A stretch of DNA of 64,000 nucleotides from the human T2T-CHM13v2.0 reference genome, Homo sapiens. Location of the stretch: the NCBI RefSeq assembly GCF_009914755.1, contig NC_060942.1; one strand, given 5' to 3'. A program made the translations under genes and the position numbers. Below are positions 57,833-64,000 of the stretch, in pieces. Within the stretch, counting starts at the first letter, position 1. Every line of letters starts with the position of its first letter. The notes beneath the pieces were generated by a model. It did no database searches and had not been told where the DNA came from. It saw only the letters and a list, made by a program, of their open reading frames with translations.

Positions 57833-58170
57833 CAGTCACGTGTTGTTTAATGATGAGGATACATTCTGACAAATATGTCATTAGATGATTTCCTCATTGT
57901 AGGAACATCATAGAGTGTATTTACATGAACCTAGATGGCATAGCCACTACACACCTAGGCCATATCGTATTGCCTGTTGCTACAAACCTGTGCCGCATGT
58001 AACTGTACTGAATATTGTAGGCAATTGTAACACAATGGCATATTTTTGTGTATCTAAACATATTTAAGCATAGAAAAGGTACAGTAAAAATACATATTAT
58101 AATCGTATGAAACCTCAGTCCTGTATGTGGTCGGTTGTTGACTGAAATGTTGTTATGCGGTATATGACTA
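57833..58170. mobile_element. Tigger3a/MER7-type DNA transposon
   Basis: TA-flanked CAGTCACG...TATGACTA termini; AACATCATAGAGTGTATTTACATGAACCTAGATGG core. Confidence 0.82.
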
Positions 58171-58883
58171 TAGTTAGAATTGGCTGAATTGTGCGAGACC
58201 ATCTCCAAGTGGTCTTAAATTTTAGTAACAAATTTTCCTTTGTTTGCTGGTCTGGTTTGCTTGACTAGTCAATGCAGGCAGGGAAGCATTTTATAAAAAT
58301 GTATTTGCTTTTATTTTATGGCAGACCAAGTAAATTTTATGCTGGACAGAGATATATTATAGCTCTGAGCTCAAGATATTGACCTGTTTGACCTGGAAGC
58401 TTTTCATAAGAACATTTATCTAGTTCTTTCCTTTCAGACTATCAATCCTTCAAATAACAGTTCCATTACTCTAAGTGATTATTAGACAGTCAAATCCAAA
58501 TTTACATTAAAAGGGATGACTCCTCAAGAGGCTGTCATTGAGAATGGTCTTCTGGTGGGGGAAGTGGAAGCTGAGAGAAAGATTGCATGGACCTTTTGCT
58601 TTTGTGGCAATATTTTTTTTCCAGTGAGCTGCTTTTTTATACTAGTTTTTATACTGGGAGCTTCTATCTGCTGTAATTGAAGTTTAAGGGTTTTAGTGGT
58701 TTTCTTTGTAGTAGCTTCCTCAAGAGTGTAGGCAAGTTGGTTTGCTAAATTAATTAGATAGGGAGTGGGCATAGTTTCCCATTCTGTGTGAACTCCTTTA
58801 ACAAACTGGGAAAGTTTTTAAGAAAGGCAATTCACAAACATAGAATTAAAATTACTCAAGTAGAATCAACATCAATAGGTAAT

Positions 58884-59235
58884 TGATATGGTTTGGCTGT
58901 GTCCCCACTCAAATCTCATCTTGAATTCCCATATGTTGTGGGAGGGATCTGGTGAGAGGTAATTGAATCATGGGGGAAGGTCTTTCCCGTGCTGTTCTCA
59001 TGATAGTGAATAAGTCTCATGAGATCTGATGGTTTTATACGGGGGGAGTTTCCCTGCACAAGCTCACTCTTTGCCTATTGCCATGTAAGACGTGACTTGC
59101 TCCTTCTTGCCTTCCACCATGATTGTGAGGCCTTCCCAGCCACATGGAATTTTAAGTCTATTAAACCTCTTTTTCTTTATAAATTACCCCATCTTGGGTA
59201 TGTCTTTATTAGCCCCATAAAAATGGACTAATACA
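58884..59235 (+). mobile_element. THE1 solo LTR
   Basis: TGATATGGTTTGGCTGTGTCCCCAC...GGACTAATACA with perfect 5-bp TSD GTAAT. Confidence 0.95.
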
Positions 59236-59457
59236 GTAATAGAGAATTAGCTAGGAAACTTCTAAGAAAAATAAGTTTAGGGAGTTTGAATGATCTGTTT
59301 AATAGCCACAAATTATCCTTGGTGTAATTTGTCCATTGATTAAAAATATATACAAGAATGGACCATAAATTTTGAACAGATAGCTGGCTGGAGTCACAGA
59401 AAGGTTGGCATGCCTCAAGATTTGAGAATCCCATTTCATTTCTTAATCTCTGAGAGC

Positions 59458-59459
59458 AA

Positions 59460-59498
<39 letters not shown>

Positions 59499-59500
59499 AT
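59458..59500. repeat. (AAAT)n microsatellite
   Basis: About 10 perfect AAAT units. Confidence 0.93.
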
Positions 59501-62500
59501 CCTATAAATCCTATCAGGCCATGTCAGGGGTTTGGACTAATGTTTTAGATGGTGGATACTGCCCTAGTGTCTTTTAATTTTGGCCATCTTGTGCCTACCA
59601 TATGGAATGTTCATTTTTACTTTTGGGAGATGTTCAGAAATGAGGTAAGGGGAAAAAAGTAAAATAGCCGGATAATTTACAGACATGTGTAGCCAAACCA
59701 AGATGAAATCAAAGAGTGCTCACAAAAATTTTAGACCAGGCAAGCAGACCAAACAAAAATAACTTAGGCATGTAAAAAGATCCCAAACTGAATTCACCGG
59801 AAAAAAATGAGGTCCTCACAAATGGAATGTAAATTCAGTAGAAGCTAGAGTACTCTCCAAAAGGACACTTGTCTTTATATCAGAAAGGGCTTGCCAAAAA
59901 AGACTTTATAGTCTCAAGAGGGATGCAGGGTCCTTCATTTAAGGCAGTCTTATACCAAAAGAGAAGATCCCAAATAAAGTCAAAAGAACTCATCAAAAGG
60001 AGGGAGTGCAAGAATCAGAGAGGAGATTCATCAGGGTAGAAAAGGCAACTCCTGGAAGTAGATAGTGCAAAGGGCTCTGCTGGGACCACACTCAGTTCCA
60101 GGGGCCATTGATCCATGTGAGGCGAGCTCACTCTATCCTGCTTCTGGACACTATGATGTCAGACTAAATAACAAACAGAGAGGAAAATTCTCTAAATAAA
60201 AATATTTATTCAGGAGTAGCATTGCAATGGGAATACATGTGTCTTAGTAAATTACATGTGTATTCAAAGAGGTTCAGGCAAGGGGAAGTTTTTGAAGGCA
60301 AAACAAGGAGGATTATGTAAGTTGCCTTGAATCCGTTATCTTTGGCTACAAGAATCAATAGCAAGGATGGCATCAGTCCAAGGTTGGTCAGGCGGTTGCT
60401 GGACAGATGCCCCCAACGAAGTGTTTTCTAAGGTTTTGATGGCCTGTATGCACAGCTGTGGTTTTGGAGAGTCTTTGGTGATAGTTCTTGTTATCAGGCA
60501 TATGTGTGTGAGAACCTATCTTCATGGCTTTCCCAGGCTGCGTTTTGTCAGGGATTGGTACAGGTGACTCCATTTTGATTCTGACAACTTGCACAGATAA
60601 AAGCCAGCTTGGAGTAAATAGATTGAATTCAGTTTGGATGTGCTAGGTTTGATGTGTTGACAGTTTTCTACTGGCCCAGATGTCAGCACTTCATTTAAAA
60701 TCATGTATTGGAATATTCTTTCATAACTTTACTGCATAAACTGGTGGAGTGCTGTGTATGTGTGTGTGTGTGTGTACCTACCTGTATGTATAGTTTGGGG
60801 TGGGAGAGGTGTTTAAACCAGTGAAACGTAATTATGCCAATTAAAAAATAAAATAATTTATCATTTAAAAACTGATGTTTTGTTTATTGATTGGGGCACA
60901 AGACTAGGTTCCTTTTATCCACTCTGTTCAAATTAAAGAACTCTTATTAATCATCTTACTTATTATGTAATGTTTTTCTTCCCTTTTTCAGAAACTCCTT
61001 CCCATGACAATTAAAAAACCTACAAGATGCATACTTGCTCCCAGGAATCATTGTGATTACTAGAATACTATAATATTGAGGGAAAAAAGCTATCTAAGTC
61101 TGTGGAGGGGGTCTCATTCTATTGCTGTGGTCACTGTCCCTGTTCAAACACAGGCACGAGGTACATGACTTCCTTCATTGGTAAATGATCTGGGTGACCT
61201 GGGTATGTAATGTCCCAGCCAGGTTGCTCTTCAGTGGTAGGGCATCCCTGTCCACTGAAGCAAAGCTCTTTGGTGACCTAAGGCTGAAGCCAGTATTGCT
61301 GGCACAAGGATAGTGTTTTGAGGATAGGGTGGGAGATGTCTTTGCCCTGATTAGTATTCTCAGTTACAAAAAGACCACACCACCATAGGCCTGGACTCTC
61401 TACAGTTACACTGCCATTTTGGTGCTGATGTTTGTTAATGTATACACACTTGCAGCCATTTTTCTAAGGAATGCCACATGATGCCCAGGTCTAGACCCAC
61501 CTTCCCCCCAAACTTCCATATCTCAGCTTTTGAAGCAGAGGAAGAACTTCCTTCTATTGGATTCAGGGCTTGCTTCTACTTCTTGACCTAGAATGATACT
61601 TCTTTAAACGACTGTTGGAATCAATCAAAACAATAGATGAAAGTCAGGTGGCTGTCCCACTGCTGCCTTGAAGAGATATCTTACTTTCAGAGTTGCCTCA
61701 ATGCCCGATGTCAAGTTATGCTTGACAACATAATCAGGCCGTGAGTACTTATCAGATGCCCACAGATGGTGTAATACATGGTGCTCACACACTCAGGCCC
61801 TCCTTCAAGGATTTATAGGTGATAAGTACATAATTAAGTGAAGTATGTCACAGAAAGGTAGTAATTACAACCGTATCTTTAAAAGGGAGGGGAAGGTTAG
61901 AGAGGGGGAGAACGAATTGGGAAAACCTAACCAAGGCGGCCGACTTTGAACCATTCAGAAACTCAGTTTCATATTTAATAAACACCTACTGACCAGCTAC
62001 TAAGTGCCAGGCACTTCCACATAATTATTTTTGTTCTAAGAAATATAATTAATCCTCAAGTGTATGCTGCATGGCTCGAAAAAAACAATTCTTTAAAATC
62101 ATAGAGTTCCTCAAGGCCCAATAGACCTAAATCTTTCATTACAACATTGTAGCCTGAAGAGTGTAGCCTGCTTGCTTAAATGTGCAGGAGTTTGCCAAAC
62201 CCCAGATGCTCAAGAGAACTCAATGAGCAATTGTTGATAATTATGAATCCATACACAAAAATGGATGAAGAGTTCACTTGGGTCATTTAATTTTCTCTTT
62301 CTTTATAGATCCTGAGATCACTAAGCTTGAGTTGCTGTGGCCTTTCTTAAATTGTAGTCAACATTTGGATTACTAATTTGTGCCAACTTCACAGGGAGGT
62401 ACAAGAAACGTCAAAGACCTGGGCCACGTCTGTGTTTCTCAAATATTCAGGGATGGACCACAGAGCAATTTTTACTATCAAACTCAGATAGCATTGTTCT

Positions 62501-62559
62501 TTGGATGTAAATACAGGCAAATAGTTTTTGAGGCAGTAAAGATTTAAGAGTAGGAAAGA

Positions 62560-62745
62560 TACGGGTTTGAGTTACCCTATTTAGAGTTCAGAGACCTCAG
62601 CAAGTCACTTCACCTCTCTGAGTTTCCATTTCCTAATCAGTAAAATTGAGATAATATTCCCTGTCTCCTACTGAGGGTTAAGTGACATAAACTAATAAAA
62701 TACTCAGTTTAGTGCCTGGCAATAGTAAATATTCAACAAATATTT
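62560..62745 (+). mobile_element. MIR fragment
   Basis: GACCTCAGCAAGTCACTTCACCTCTCTGAGTTTCCATTTCC...TAGTGCCTGGCA. Confidence 0.7.
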
Positions 62746-64000
62746 GTTACTTGTTTTTCCATTCTCCTAAATTAAATATCATCTTATACCTAGTCCTAAT
62801 ATAGATAACTTGCAACAAATGCCAAAGGTTTAAGACATTATTTCAATGAAATAATTGTATTTATTAAAGTTTCATTTCTGTGATTTGGGGAAATGCTGTT
62901 ATTTAAATATGGTTGAGGAAAATTTTAATCCAAACTGTGGCACCCAGGGCATTGTGAGATCATGACTTGAGCCCCTCTAGCCAGTATGGTTTAGGGATGA
63001 CTGTTACTTCCCATAATAAGGTAACCATGTAATCACATAATTCCCACTGATTTAAATAGTTATTTCCAAGATCTTGGGAAATAGGATCATTGGGCATTTC
63101 CAAGATCTTAGGAATAGTATCATTGTATTAATACAAACCTATCAGATGGATTTCAAGACCACTTGGACTCTAGCTCATACTTTTGCCTCCTTGTACCTTA
63201 TTTTCTACTAGGGAAGACTGCAGACATCCTTTCAGTGGTAGACACCCTACACAGATATAGGACACAATCATACATTTTAGTTCAAGAGACTCAGGGGTTG
63301 CTTATCTCCAGCCTTGTACTTACAGTTGCTAGGACCCTGACATCCTCTTTCACATGGTTGAAAATACTCCCCATAGATATTTTAATGGTTGTCTGTCAAG
63401 GCCAGGGACATCTAGAGAAGGCCACGTAGGTTATAGTAAGTTTTCACTTATCACTAGTTTATCACACCAGCTAGTTGACATCTTCCACTTCTGTGGGAGT
63501 GAGGCAGAGGTCAGTTTCTGGTTGGGGCCTGAATGTTGGGGGTTTGGGGTACAGCAAGAGAATGCTGATTAAGGAAGTGGGTATTATGTGATGTAGCCCT
63601 GGACTGTATGTCTATAGGAGCAGTGGGGATTTTGGAGGAGGAGATGAAAGTTTTGGACAGATTTTACCTACTCTACGGTTTTGTCTTACTTGCTCTGACT
63701 CATCTTCAAGAGCAGGTTGTTTGAGATTAAAGAGGTTGTCTCTATGGTAGATGCAAATGATTCTTGAAGTTCAGTAGGAGTTTGCTGAGCGGTTGCTAAC
63801 CTCTCAGGGTGTGTCCACAGATCAGGTGGTACTAATTCTGGCTTCTGAGTGATGTTTGATGAATCTAGTTGAAAAGTAAGGAAAACAACAACAGCAGCAG
63901 AAGCAAACCCCATCGCCATTCTTGTTTTTAGACCAGAATATGTTTGTAGTGGGTTCCTATACCTTTCTGAGCCTGAAAAACTTGACCTAACAGGTAATAG

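Noticed and set aside
60970-62310. Acceptor-like pyrimidine tracts at ~60990 and ~62308 as serpin exons
   Set aside because: No serpin-like reading frame follows; such tracts are common in AT-rich DNA.

Overview
Human (primate) genomic DNA containing the complete SERPINB5 (maspin) gene on the + strand: non-coding exon 1 (~7982-8116), six coding exons (15500-34794) that splice to exactly 1128 nt = 375 aa + stop, and a 3' UTR ending ~36157. Intron 4 has a non-canonical GC donor and intron 5 holds a disabled ATP5MC1 (ATP5G1) processed pseudogene. The rest is repeat-rich: ~25 Alus including several close inverted pairs, L1/L2/MIR/MER/MLT/THE1 fragments, a 35-bp AT-rich minisatellite, an unassigned ~680-bp polyadenylated retrocopy and an old two-LTR ERV1-type provirus (51896-60595, - strand) with nested elements. 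I see no wholly new biological system here. The most notable unexplained structures are a ~160-bp micro-inversion that splits an Alu, a perfect 54-bp duplication inside an old Alu, the orphan retrocopy, a possible cryptic intron in exon 1, an intron-5 read-through isoform and several candidate regulatory elements (ARE/AP-1, ETS, CTCF). Repeat subfamily names are by eye and repeat boundaries are approximate.
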